Below the pieces are notes generated by a model, which saw nothing but the letters and a program-made list of their open reading frames with translations, was not told where the DNA came from and ran no database searches. The position numbers and the translations under genes are program-made. Positions 1 through 14,300 of a stretch of DNA of 64,000 nucleotides are shown piece by piece; positions within the stretch are counted from its first letter, which is position 1; every line of letters starts with the position of its first letter. The stretch covers positions 94,674,001-94,738,000 of the forward strand of contig OX597816.1 in NCBI GenBank assembly GCA_951406725.2, written 5' to 3'. The DNA is from Octopus vulgaris. Taxonomy: Eukaryota.

Positions 1-92
1 AATATTTCTCTTCTTATCTAATTGTTGTTATGTGAACCTTTGTGAAAGATGTTTTTTAGTCAAAATATTGTTTATCTTCTTTTTCATACCAG

Positions 93-255
93 GTTCACCA
101 AGAATCTATCACCTGACAAAATCAGTTTGAGTGCTCTGCGAGGTGAAGGAGAACTTGCTAATTTAGAGCTAGATGAGACTGTGTTGATGGATATCCTTGA
201 ACTTCCTACCTGGCTCAAATTGTCCAAAGCTATTTGTAACAGGGTGGCCATAAAG
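93..255 (+). CDS. BLTP3: BLTP3 exon (chorein N-terminus, FTKNLSPDKISL...NRVAIK)
   Basis: Pyrimidine tract plus AG at 91-92; GTGAGT donor at 256. Confidence 0.93.
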
Positions 256-3200
256 GTGAGTCATTTTCATAGATTTTAAAAAAATATTTGACCTGATTCA
301 GTCATTAGACTACAGCTTTATTGGGACACTACTCTGGAGAGTTTCATTGGTCAAATGGACTCCTGTACTTATTTTATTGGTCACTTTTTGCAAAACTACT
401 AAGTTATGGGAGACATAAGCAAACCAATGCAGGTTGTCAAGGGGTTAGTGATAAACACAAAGATGCATATATGAACACACACACACACACATATGCACAC
501 TAAAGCATACACTCACATGTGATAGGCTTCCACTCCTTTTCCATCTTCCAAATTTACTCACATGGCACTGGTCAGCCCAGGGCTATAGTAAAAGATAGTG
601 TGCAAGTTGCCATTCATTCATTGATCCCCACCTTACACGCCACTCTGTTGTTCACTCATTGACTCGCTACCACCACCACCACCACCTTACTCTTCACACT
701 GTTGTGTCATTCATTCATTGCCTTTCCTTAACTTTATACACCACTCTTGTATTATTCATTCTTACCCTGTCCACAGCCTTCCCAATTCTGATGTGTTTTT
801 CATTCTTTGTTTCCTCACATTACACATCTTTCTGTCATGTTGTCTATCCATTACCATATCTTATATTCTATGCCACCCTTTCTTGAATGTAGTCCTGTTG
901 TCCCACTTATATTTTTCATTTATGGTAGGTATATCATGCTATCTGGTTCAACCAGTAGCTGACCTATTAGTGTCTTTAGTTTTTTTAGTATTTGTTACTT
1001 GTATTCAGGCCAAGCATTACTTTGATCTGCTGGTGCATTAACATCCCATATACTTCCTTAGTTGTCAAAAATTAAACCCACTGACAATTCTGCCTTCATT
1101 TTTCTAACATTTAGAAGCCCCATTCCAACCTAGATGCCATACTTCAAATCTTTCATCTGAATTCTCTGCGAGACACAAATCTCAGAATCTCTCTCCACAA
1201 TTCATCTCTGCTATCCAGGCTACAATCTACAATTAAATTCCACTTTGAAGGTGGTATGTGCCTCTGTGTAGATTCCACCCTCATTGTAACTCATCTCTCT
1301 ACCTAGGTATCAATAACAAAGCCTTCTAGTTTTCTGGTTCAAAGTCTCCCTCATTCACTTCTCTCAATACATCTGCTTCCTTACCACTCTCTGAACTTTT
1401 CCAACTACCAACAATTTATCGATCATATTTCTTTCTGTATCAAACACATCTATCTCATTCAGTCTTCTCTAAAGTTATTGGTGTCTCTGACTTCAGATTC
1501 TCTTCTCAGCTTTCACACTTATACTACACTGATGCTGTTAATGTAGAAACCAAATCTTTTGCTGTCTTCTGCTCTCTACTTCATAGTCTGAAATACTTAG
1601 AGAAAATTATCCGCACCTGCAAACTAGACAGCTCTTATTCAGTATTGCAATTCCTGCAAAACCATCATCTAAACTATGACTCATGCCTCCATGCATTGCA
1701 CAGCTCTAAATCAACCTCCCAAATTGCAACCAATCCTTTTGCTCACTTCCTGTGATGATTCTGCAAACAACCCATCAAATAATGAATCAAAGTTGCTAAG
1801 ATTTTAATGAAAAATAATATAAGACAATACTAGACTACCCATGACTTGTTGGGTCACTGACGGTTCAGATTATAAAACATTGAAGCTGATTTCCACATTG
1901 ATTATTTTACAGCAGGGGTCACCAAACTTTTTTCATAGTGGGCCAGATATAGCTAAAAGAATACCAAGCGCGGGCCAGATAAATAGTTTGTTTAATTCAC
2001 TGCAATATAGAATACACTGAATGTACACAAAAAATGAAGACAGTCATCCTATTTATTTATCAATACATAAAATACACAAAATAATAAAAACAATAAACCT
2101 ATTTTACTTTGTTCGATGTATTGGCTTCACACACTTCATTTTTGAAAAAGTTTACTCACAAACATAAATTGTTTCAAAAACTGATGCCATACCTGAGGCA
2201 AACTTTTTCAATTTTGAAAACTCATCAGCTGGCAAGCAGTGAATAAAATTCAATGAGTTTTCCTTCTCTGTGCTTCTCTTTCAACAAGGTATTAGCTTGC
2301 AAGTCAATAAGTTCTAGTTGTAGTTCAGTTGGCATGTTATCAAGATAACAGCCAAAGGGATTCTCAAACAAAAGAATTTCATTCTCAATTCTGTCAAGAT
2401 CTGAAAATCTTTGAGAAAAATGCTTAAAGTCCTGAATAATTTTTTTCTGAAACTCAAGGTTAACATGTTCCACATTTTCTGTGCAAAACTCTTGAAAACA
2501 CTGAAAATGAGAGAAGTTTCCTCCTTCAAGTTGTGCTTCAAACAATGACAGCTTTCTCAAAAATGCTGTAATAATTCTGTAGAGATCACAGACAAGGTTA
2601 TTCTTTCCTTGCAGTTTTAAATTCAATTCATTCATATGAGAAGTGATGGCAACTAAAAATGACAACTTTGATAACCGAGAAGGATCTGACAACTGTGAAT
2701 CAGCTCTATTCTTTTCGGCGAGAAAAAAATCTATTTCTTTTTGGAGCTTATAAAAACGAAACAGGACTTTACTGCAACTGAGACATGTTACTTCTGTGTA
2801 GTCAGGCAAGTCACAGAAATTAGAATACATTTTTTCAAAGAAAGCCTGGGATTGTTGGTGATTAAACCAATGTTTTTCTGAATATAGTTCACCACACTTG
2901 TAACCGGTTTTAGTATTCAAGAAATATCTAAGTGTTTTCCACAGAGTGCTTGCTGATGTATAATGAAGTGTATAAACAGAGCTCTCAGAAGTTGAAGCTC
3001 CTCCAACTTGGTCTGAATCCACCCTACCAAACCCTTCCTCACTCCTGCCATGTTTTTTTCCTCCATCGACTGTAACACACTGAAGCTGATTCCACTGAAG
3101 GTTATAGTTTTGCAAAGTTTTCTGCACCTCTATGATAATATCTTCTCCAGTTGTTGTTCCATGTATATTGCAAACGGATGCCATTTCTTCTATAATCTCA

Positions 3201-5495
3201 AAGTTGCAATTAACACCACGAATGAACACAAGAGGTTGTGCCGTACTAGAGAGATCACTAGACTCATCCATTGCAAGAGAATACCACAAAAATTTCTTAA
3301 CTTTCTCATGTATCTGTAACTGTATATTCTCTGTATATTATGGCACATAAAATATATAGCGCATGATGAGACTGACTCAGTATACATATGACATGCGTAA
3401 TCTAAGAAGTGTAAGAAGCAGTATAAAAGCATGTTTATTTATTTCAGCATATGACGGCAGGCTGGACAAATTGACATCGCGGGCTGGATCCAGCCTGTGG
3501 GCTATTGTTTGGTGACCCATGATTTACAGCATCTAATAGAAATAGAACTTCTGGGATAAACTTGAACTCCAGTAACAACATTTATTTATGGCAAATGTGC
3601 ACACTTCTACAAAAATGCAAAAGGAATTGTTATATAATGTAAACATAAAATTAATAGAAGCAATTTTTCCATTTCAGGATTATGTTACTTTTGGAGTATT
3701 TTCTCATTATGCACTGTTTTGGCTATTTGGGAAGGTACTCCCCCCAAAAACCCTGCGTCTTGGGAATCTGTGGTCTGATTTACGTGAAACTTGTTTTATT
3801 CTGTTTGTATTAACATTTCAGGGGTACCTTACTTTCAGAGTATTTTCCTATCATGCACTAGTTTGGCTGTTTTCAATTCCAGACAAGCGCACAAACAAAA
3901 CTGGCATGACTACAGATGTGTACCCTCACTGACTTTGTTCCTCATAGCTTCCAGAAAAATGGATTCTTTTTAATAAAATTTTCAACAAATACCACTTAGG
4001 TACTGTGGATTTAGATTATTTAGGGATTTATGGGAAAGAATTTTTTGAAGGGGTAGGGAGAGGAGTTTCAGAAAATTCACATGGTCTGACTTTTTTCCCT
4101 CATAACTTTTAGGAAAATGGATATCTTTTAATGAGATTTTGTACAAATATCTTTCAAATGGCATTGGTTACAATTATAAAGAAATTTATGGGGAAAGTCT
4201 TATGGGAGAATCTTCCAAAAAATGGAGTTTGGGATCAGGACAACCAAATATATTGGAATTACTCTGTTTTGACAGGGATTTTCTCCATTTTTTTAAACCA
4301 CAGCCTTCGAAATGATGTGGGTGGGGAACATCTTTTTATGAAAAAATGGTTTTCAAAATTTTTTTTGTACAACTTATCATCCCACTCTTGACTGATTTTG
4401 GCCAATTTTTTGCACTTCAAAACCATGGAATGAGCCTTTTTGGTAAAAAAAAAAAATGTTAATATTTTCAGAGGAAAAAGTGAGTGGTTTGAGGGATTTC
4501 ATCACCTTGCTCTCCAGAATTCTTCATTGCCAGCATAAATCAGCTACTGATGAAATGGCAAAATCGTGTCGATAATTTAGGTGCATACTTTGATTAACTG
4601 CATTGCTTTTTGTTGAGATAAAGTAAAATAAACTTTCAGTTTAAAATCAGACATTTCATTCTTAATGACTTGATATGTAGAAGCTCCCTGCTGGCTTGTT
4701 GAGAGTTAAATGTGTACTGTCATCTTGATGGCTCTGCAAATCAGATGTATTATTTAAACTGTCAAAACTGCCATATTTACTGTTCAAGCTGTCAATTTGA
4801 TCAGATGTACTCTTTGAAAACTACTCTGTGTGTGGTTTAAATTACCAGCTGAGTCTGAAATTGAAAGGAATTTGGTTCACTATAATTTGGTGTGTTTCTT
4901 TTTAATTTGTAATTTACTCACTGTCATTTTTTTCTATACTTACTGACATATTTATATATACACAGATCCTATCCACATACACATTATTATAACCACACAA
5001 CTCATAACTGTAAATGTACATAAAACATGTCAATATGTATATGATATTAATTGGCCTATATTTATATATATATATAAATAAGATAGTGGTACGACATTGC
5101 ACCAATATTTACTTGAAATAGCAGTCGATAATATACAAGGCTATAGTAAAGCTTCACTATATATATATACTGGCAAACTTGTTAGTGAGTGGTGAACATA
5201 AAAAATTTCATCTTACCTGTAGGAAGAACATTAAATAAATGTACAATCCAGATGCAGATAATCTAGGTTTTGAAGTTTGCAAATTATGTTTAACATAAAT
5301 TTGATTAGTCCTCATTGGCTAGATTCACCTAGACAAAATCTCAAATGTCACTACATCAATACCAGTATATACTTGTCTGAGATGCCTAGCCGTTAACAGA
5401 CCGAAAACAGTGAAAAAGTTTTCAAAGAAAATATTATTAAATAGTGCAATACAGTAGTATTGCTTCCCAGTAAAACAAAGCACCATCAGGTTAAA

Positions 5496-5540
<45 letters not shown>

Positions 5541-6397
5541 TAAATGTATAATGGTGTGTGTTTCGGGTTACTCTAACTCCTCCCACACCGTCCAACTGAT
5601 TTTAATGATTTTTGGCACATAGGTAGATCACATGCCATGAAGTTCAAATAATGCCAACATTTTTTGAAAACTTGCTAATGCCCAGTTGACATCAATTTTG
5701 TGAGCTCAGTTGGGCATCTGAATGGAAATTCCCATAACAATGTTATTTTTCCTGCAGCTTTTGCATTTTTTGTCTGATTTTAATGAAAATTGATGAGTGA
5801 GCAAGGCTCAGGGCAGTGAGTTGATGTCAGTATATTGCATTGACAAAAAATTGATAATTGCGCCTGAGCAGTGGTTTTATAAAATCAATAGGTTTTTTGC
5901 ATGCAAACACCCAGAGGGATTTTATTTTTGGCCGTAACTTTTATATTTTCATGTTAATGGTCACATAGATTCTATTTTATGACATAACCTTAACACCTTT
6001 CTTTGGATTTTGCTGAAATTGGACTTGCTGATCAATTTTGTATAGAGGGTGGCATTAAGGGGAGAGAAATAAACATCACTTTCAACGGGTCGAGGTACAA
6101 CCAAAAGTTTGACTGCAATTTCAGACGGTCCAGTATGTAGGAGTATGTCGAAACCGTTAACCAGATAAAATCCCTGCCAAACTAGATATAACATCTTAAT
6201 GGGTAATAGTTAACATGAGGAACGTAAAAGATTTCAATACAAGTTCAGAGTTAGGCTTAACTTCAACATGGAAAACACGAGTTCAATAGCTAGGATACAC
6301 ACACACACATACACACACACACACACACATATATCATCATCATCATCATCGTCGTTTAACGTCCGTTCTCCATTAAATGACGATGATGATGATGATG

Positions 6398-6439
<42 letters not shown>

Positions 6440-6498
6440 CCTATATATATATATATGAAAATTATTTTAATATCTGCTTTTCCATGCTTCGATGGGCC

Positions 6499-6540
<42 letters not shown>

Positions 6541-9500
6541 GGTGGGGTTTGGTATGTATGTAGATACATACATACATAGACATTGTGTGTGCATGTATGT
6601 GTGTATGCATAAATGTTTTCGATTTGGCCTGTAATTACAGAAACAGAATGTATGTGTAACTGTGTGTGAAGGTTTTCAAATATCATCTGTTGTCATACAA
6701 TGATATCTTGACCTTTTCAAAGCCAATGTTGTGTTGTTAATGATAGTCCTCTACAAAGTAATGTGTGTCCACTGTAGACCAACAGGATAATGCTAACCTC
6801 CATTCTGTATTACTACAGTTAATGTCACGTTGCTGCACTTTTGTGAATGGCATTTGTATTTTGGTAGTTTAGTAGTATTTTATCATTCCTCATCACCACC
6901 ACCACCACCACCACATCTGCTGCTGGTGTCTCTATTATTGCTGAAGTAACACAGCCACTGCTGCCAACACCACCATGCTCCCTTCCTCCCCCTACTTTCC
7001 CTTCTCCTCCTCCACCACTCTTACCATTCCTACCAACCACTGACTCCAGTACCACTGCTGCCATGACCATTGCCATCACAGCTACCACCACCTTCACCAC
7101 TGCCTTTGGTGCTGTTGCACTACCACCACCTTAACATAACTAGAATTTTTGTTTTGTAGTTTTTCCTTTTAGTTTCTCTCCCAACACTTCCTTTCTCCTT
7201 CCTCCTCTCCCATCTCTTTCTTTCTTTTCTGTCTTCATTTCTTTTCAATTTATTCAGTTTCAGCCATAATTAGTTCTGCTGTCACAGCATTTTTTGCTAA
7301 AATGTCCTGGAGTGATTTTCCTCATAGACCTGTCTGCCACGTCAGAATTGATGATGGTGGTGGTGCCACATAAAAAGCACTGGTGTTGGTTCTACATAAA
7401 AAAATCACCTGTGCTGGTGCTATGTTAAAAGCACTGGTGCTGATGCCATGTAAAATGCACCCAGTATGCTCTGTGAAGTGGTTGGCATTAGGAAGGACAT
7501 CCCACTGTAAGAAGCCATGCTAAAACAGACAATGGAGCCTGGTGAAGCACATGGTTTCATCAGCTCTGTTCAAACTCATGCCAACATAGAAAACAGACAT
7601 TAAATGATTATGATGATGATGATGACATGGTGTGTATGGCACTCCTGCTTTTGATGGCTGCATTAGCAACATAAATAAAGTAGAATGTACACCACTTGAT
7701 CATGGTGTATATCTTGCACTCTATGGTGCTTGTATATCCCTCAGTACCTCTGCCAGTCACTGTACTGTATGTCATGGCCAGTTTTGAGAGTAGCACTGCT
7801 ACTCACATGGTTATTAGCAATTAGTCAGTAATGTAGTTTTCCCACCACTTTTAGTGATCAGTGAATGTTATAGCTTGTTGTTTAACCCCAAGTCATCCCT
7901 GTTTGCGCCGATCTATGAGCAGTGGGAATTCAACTGTTTCATCCTGTCTGTAATTTAAGGAATACATTATCTAAAATGAACTTTTTTTTAAAGGTAGTAT
8001 GGTTGATTTGATTGAGATTTGGCTACTACTGCTAGTTGTTCAAGAGATTGTATGGAAGCCTTTTAATTGACCATAAGGAAGCTCTCATACAAAGATGAAA
8101 TGTCATATGTACTTTATTCATTGAGTAATTATTACATGTATTACCACACACACATACCAATAATATTTATTAGGTTGTCAAGGAAGTTCTTGCGGTTTTT
8201 AACCTTTAAATTCAGATGCACATATCTTGGCTCAAACAAAACTTTATTAATCGAAATAAACACCATCAGAATCAACACACTTTTGCCAATGTGAAACAAG
8301 TTTATTTATGCCAGTAGCATAAAAATCCTGTGTTCTGGTGGTGATGAAGTCGTTGAAGGCATGTTTGGCATCATCTTGGTTTTTGAAGCATTTCTCACAC
8401 AGGAAGTTGTCAAGATGTTTGAAAAAGTGGTAGTCGGTAGGTGAGAGGTCTGGTGAGTATAGCAGATGAGGCAGAGTTTTGTAGCCCAATTTGTTCAACT
8501 TCTGCAGGCTCAGTTGTACAACGTGTGGCCGAGCGTTGTCATGGAGAAGAATTGGTCCTTTTCTATTGACCAATGCTGGCTGTTGTCAGAGTTTCTTATG
8601 CATTTCATCCATTTACTGACAGTACTTCTCTGCCATAATGGTTTTGCCTGGATCCAAAATACTGTGATAGATGAGACCGGCTGCAGACTACCAAACAGTT
8701 ACCATGACCTTCTTTTAGTGCAACTTTGGCTTTGGGAAGTGCCGTGGAGCTTTGTCGGCGTCCAACCACTGAGCTGAGCGTCGTCGGTTGTCATAATGAA
8801 TCCACAGGTCATTCTTGTTGCGTAAAAGAAGGGAAGACGACGCTTCAAAATGGCAATTTTTTTGGTTGTCGTTCAGTTTGTGCGGCACCCATTTCACAAA
8901 TATTTTTGTTTTTCCAATCTTTTTCAAGTGTTTGGAAATTGTCGTATGCATTACGTCTAATTCAGAAGCAAGCTCTCGAACAGTTGTGCGTGGATTGGCT
9001 TTGACTAAGGCTCTTAGTTGATCGTTGTCAACATCTGATGGCCGACCACTATGCTTATCAACTTCAAAACTCTCATCACTGCTATGAAATTTCTTGAACC
9101 ACCATTGTGCTGTACATTCATTAGTGGTTCCTGAGCCAAACGCATTGTTGATATCGCGAGCTGTTTTAGCAACTTTTCGACCTAGCTTGAACTGGAAAAA
9201 GAAAATTGTGTGAATTTGTTTTTTGTCCATGTTGTATTCAATGTTCTGGAAAAAATGGCCTAATTATTCAAAAAGAAAAAGAGTAAAACAATTAGATAGA
9301 GCAAAAAAAAATAAACGGGCTTTAAAATGATATATAAAGTCAAAGTAATTTAATGAAAATTAATTTGAATATACATCGTTTAAAACCAAAATTAAAAATT
9401 CTGCAAGAACTTTCTTGACAACCTAATAGTTTTTGGCTGAGTGTCAGATCACAGCACATTCTTTGTCTTTTCTAAGGTTTAACACTTTGATGTGTGATCC

Positions 9501-10447
9501 CTTAGAAAGAGCTGATTTACTTTTAGGACATTGGCATATGGAGTGGAAGATGCTATCTTGATACCACACAGATGAAGTGATTTCATCTTCAAAGTAGTAA
9601 ATTGGGTCTGTGTTAGTTGGCCTCATAAAAAAAATTCCATGATGTAAGTTTGGGTTTGGAAATGAAATCTATCTTCAGAAATGTTAGTTTAATGTTGTCA
9701 GACTTGTTCTTGGATAAACTGGAATTTAATATGTAGTTGTGATTCTATGCTAGTAGTTAATATTTGTTCATTTGAGTTGTAATAAACAGTCTGTTCCAAA
9801 GGACATTTGGGCCGATGACACTGGATAACTTCCAAAAGTCTCTGGCAGTGTTACCGAGGAGCCTTACCCGTTCGGGATAAGCTCACTAGACACAGCCATC
9901 CCGGCACATCGGCCTGTCCAAGGTGCGAGCAGGACAGGGAAACCGTCCTGCATGCTATCATTCAGTGCCTAAAAGTGTCAGAAGTATGGGCTTATGCAGA
10001 ACACCTGTTGTCAGATGCAGGAAGAGTACAGTTGTCATCTGAGTCAATTCTAAAAATTGACCCACCGGATTTCCTTATGAAAGAAGGTTAGAATGGTTTT
10101 CTCGTGGTAATAGCAATTGCAAAGGAGGTGATATGGAAGTTGAGAATGAAAGGATTGGTGACAGGCAGCTTCATCTCTGGTCTCGGTTTGGTAAAATTTT
10201 TCACCTTTCACCTGAAAAGGAATGTGGGGCTCGAGAGAAGATGCCTTTCAATGAGAATTTACAAAGATAGATGGGTATATGTAGCACGAATGCTGTGTGT
10301 GAAAGATACTGCATGAACATGTCATAAAGCTTACCAACAGGTAATACAGTTCTATATTTACGCCATGTGCCCATCGGCATATGGCATAGTGATTAAGAGT
10401 GTGGGCTACTAACCCCAAGATTCCGAGTTCGATTTCAGGCTGTGACC

Positions 10448-10492
<45 letters not shown>

Positions 10493-11057
10493 TCATCATC
10501 ATCATCACAAAATACCTTAGGAATGAGAACCCAGGTTCAAAATTTCCCCAAGACATCTGATGAAGGGTGGAGGGTATATCAGCCGAAACGTTAACAACAA
10601 ACAAGATGAGGACAAATATCCGTCAAATGTAAATAATGTAAATAAGTTACCAAAAGGTGTCAGTAGTGGAACAGAGCTCATGGGGTTGGAGCTAAAACCT
10701 GTTCTCCTGCCTCATTTCTTGTTTGTCAATTTGTTTTGTAATTTGTGTTACCATCCGATTTTCCATTTGATTTCATTGTAAATTTTTATCTCTCATTTTG
10801 TGTGTCTGACCCCAAATCAGGCTATATTGTCCCCTCTATGTTGTCCCCGTGTGGGCAATAAAAAAACAAGTAATAAATTAGTTATGGTTTTCTTAAAATG
10901 TTATCTGTTTCTTTTATAGATTCAATGGACTAAACTGAAAACACAGCCCATCTGCCTGGTAAGTAACTACATGTATGTATGTGTGTATGTGAAAGAGAGA
11001 GAGAGAGTATATTGGTATGTGTGTGTGTGTGTGTGTGTGTGTGTTTCAGTGGGTTTG

Positions 11058-11092
<35 letters not shown>

Positions 11093-11335
11093 CAACAAAT
11101 TGAGGAACAGCTATAATAGGCCGTTCGACCCACTAGAAAAAGCAGCCAGGGCTCCAACCGCAAATAGTAGTAATTCCGGAATCAGATGAAAAATTAAAAA
11201 ACATTTACCCTATTCATCTTTATACAATGCATTGTTTCAGGGTTTTTTTAATGGTAAACCAGCCTGATTAAATTAAATCAAGTCAATCTTCCAAAGGCCA
11301 ACGCAATTCATCAGTAAAGGAGCCAGGAGGGAGAG

Positions 11336-11380
<45 letters not shown>

Positions 11381-14300
11381 CATCTGTATATATATACATC
11401 TGTATATATGATTTTGTGTAGATTTGTGTAGGTTTTGCAAAGTTTTATTGCTTGATCCCTCAATTTATGCTTATCTTTCTACTCTGCTGTAAATTATGAG
11501 ATTTTCCGTATATGACATATGTTTTTAATTTCTGAAAGAAAGATATATTCAATTTTAGTGAGGTAATCCACAAAGTTGTGGCGGATTTATAGTATAGAAA
11601 ATATGATATAAAACAGCAGAAACAGAATTCACTTGATGTAGCAAATCAAATATGTATGGATGGATTAGGATAAAGTTGCTTCTGAATAAGCATGATCTTT
11701 TGGAAAACTTTCTGTACTCTGTAGCAAAAATACAGCTATGTATGATCACCTTTTACGAATGTTGATGTATTTATGTATTTTCTTGTAAATTCTAGTACCT
11801 GGATGAAGTCGTTTTGGAAGTGGAAACATGTGAAGAACCAAGATCTCCAAACAATCCTCAAATGCCGACTTCTAATGTCAGGTGAGTAGTTGAATTAGTG
11901 TTTCCAAATAGAATGTTATATAATGATAATAATGAAATTATTGTATACAGTGCTCTGGTGCACCACAACTTGTCAAAAGTGCATATAAAGCATATGCAGT
12001 AATGTACAAATGTCTGGAAAGTGAACAGTGTATGAGTCAGATACATGCTTGTGTGTGCATGGAGGGGAGAAAATCAAGTGCAGTGTTGGCGAATCTCAGG
12101 AAGCATGGAAGTTTTGAAGGATGCAGTGCTCCAACAACTAACAACTGATGCCGGCAAGTTGTTCCATACTTCAGCAACTCTTAGCGTGAAAAAATGTTTC
12201 CGAAAGTCATGGGAGCTGTACTGTTTTCTGACTTCATTGTATGTATGCTGTAGTAGCATGCCTTTCCCTGATATCATTCTGATAGTGAATTTCACTCTTT
12301 CTAGAATGAATTCTAACTTCAGAAAAAAAAAAAACGGTATAATTGGACCAACTTAAAACTGAATCCATTATTTCAAAAACACTTCTCCCATTGATATTGT
12401 GATTCTAAATCTATTAAGTCCTCATTTTGGCATAGAATATTAACCAGCTTCCATCTTACATTCCTCTTCCCTTTTAGCTAAATAGACCTGATGCATCATA
12501 TCATATTTAATTTCTAATCTTGATAACATTTATATCTTCTTTTTTTTTACATGTAGTTCCCAGTTATCCATTTACCAGCAACTAATCTGTGTTGGTTCAA
12601 AAATGAACATCAAAACAGCTAATTACTCTTGCTTATAAACCTGAGATATTCTGTGTATGTAAGAAATCAATACTCTTTTTATTGGTGGTGGTGGGTGAGC
12701 ACTGACAATGGAGCACTCATATTTAGATCAGTTTCTTTAACACTCTGCGTTCAGCTTCGGCTGGGGTTAATTTTGACTTTGCCATTCATCTCTCAGGGGT
12801 TGATAAAATAAACACTAGTAGTTTGTGAGTGTGTACTACCGATAAAAGTACTTGTTAATAAAAAGTATTGATCAATAAAAGTACTTATCTCAATCTATTA
12901 GTTCTGAAATAATCTCCAGTTTTGTGTGTCCTGAGAGTGTTATTTGCTATTGTTGTTATCACCATCTGTCTCTTTGCTCTTCTGTCTGTCTGTCCATTCC
13001 TCTCTCTCTCTCTCTGTCTATGAATTAGATGACATCGCTACTTACTTAGGCTCTTGTCACTTTATCTTGTGAAGCCCATCATCCCGAGACTTGACCTCTA
13101 TCCTTCTATTGACTTCATTATTCTTGTTCTATATGTTGTTGTTGCTATCACATTCATTCATTTAGGAGTGGTACTAGTCAAGTTTGTAATAGTGTTACCG
13201 TGTCACTGAAGACTGAGTCTTTGGATTCTCCTCTACCACATTCTTAGCAATAATCATCATTGCTACCGTCACCACACCACTACCATCACCACCATCACTT
13301 CTACAACCATACCCCACCACGATAATTTTCTGTTCATTTTCTTCCCCAAATTAGCATGAGTTGGATTAAATTTATTTAGGTAGTATCCTATGGCCAGATA
13401 ACTCTTCCTATCACCAATCCTTGTTTTCAAGTAAGATATTTTTTGCATTGGTTTTCACTTGATAGAAATTATGAAACCATCAAGCTTTGTCATGTTAATT
13501 TATGGGAGACATAAACAATATCACCATTTTGCTCAAACAGTATCTTTGTGAAGACTTGTGGAAAGCAAATATTTCTATAAACATATATGCACATGCACAC
13601 CCACCTACACACATATACATATCTATTAGTCGACTGACTGATCAATTCATTGATTGATCCATCCATCCATTGATCCATCCATCTGTCCCTCCGTCTGTCT
13701 GTCCATACATACATATAATAGGCATCACAATGTGTTGACTGACCTGAGGCTAGAGGACTAGGCTACCCAGCAAGACTAAACCTGAAACCACATAGTTGAG
13801 AAGCGAACTCCTTACTCCATACAACCATGATACAGTGGCAATAACATTCTTAATTCTTTCCAAAGCTTTTATTGTTAGCTTGCTTTTAAAAGTAAGATAA
13901 ATAAATGCCAATAGACATATCCCAAGAGAGACAGAAGCATGGTAGTCCAAAAACAAAGTGGAGAAGATTCACAGAAACTGAAGCACTGACAGCAGTTACA
14001 TCTGGGCACAACTGCAATGCATTGCCAAAGATCGAGACAGATGGAGATCTCTTGTTGGTGCCCTTTGCTCCACATTAGGTCAAAGGAATGGATGATGATG
14101 GTGAAATACAATTAGTAGTGTTAAAAAATGCAGAGAGAGGAGGCTGGTATTTATTTTACTGACACAAGGAAGGATGAAAGGTTAAGTTATCTCCAGACAG
14201 AATTTGAACTCAAAACAGAGATAGATGAGACTAAATTCTTGTCAAAAATTTCATATAGTTTGTTGTGTATAACATATGGACATAGCTTAGTGTGTAGCAC

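Noticed and set aside
1060-1800. C/T-rich stretch that may be a decayed retroelement ORF (similar stretches at 25650-26280 and 59900-60650)
   Set aside because: No diagnostic motif could be read with confidence.
3670-3875. Diverged direct repeat of about 57 bp at about 145-bp spacing
   Set aside because: Real but heavily diverged; probably subterminal repeats of an unclassified old transposon whose termini I could not define.
5372-5420. ctgagatgcct...ccgaaaacagt as a hammerhead
   Set aside because: Core lacks a nucleotide (no CUGANGA) and stems I and III do not pair.
6268-6686. ORFs rich in YI/HT/CV/D repeats here and at 14892, 16066, 29366, 43421 and 62305
   Set aside because: Translations of microsatellites.
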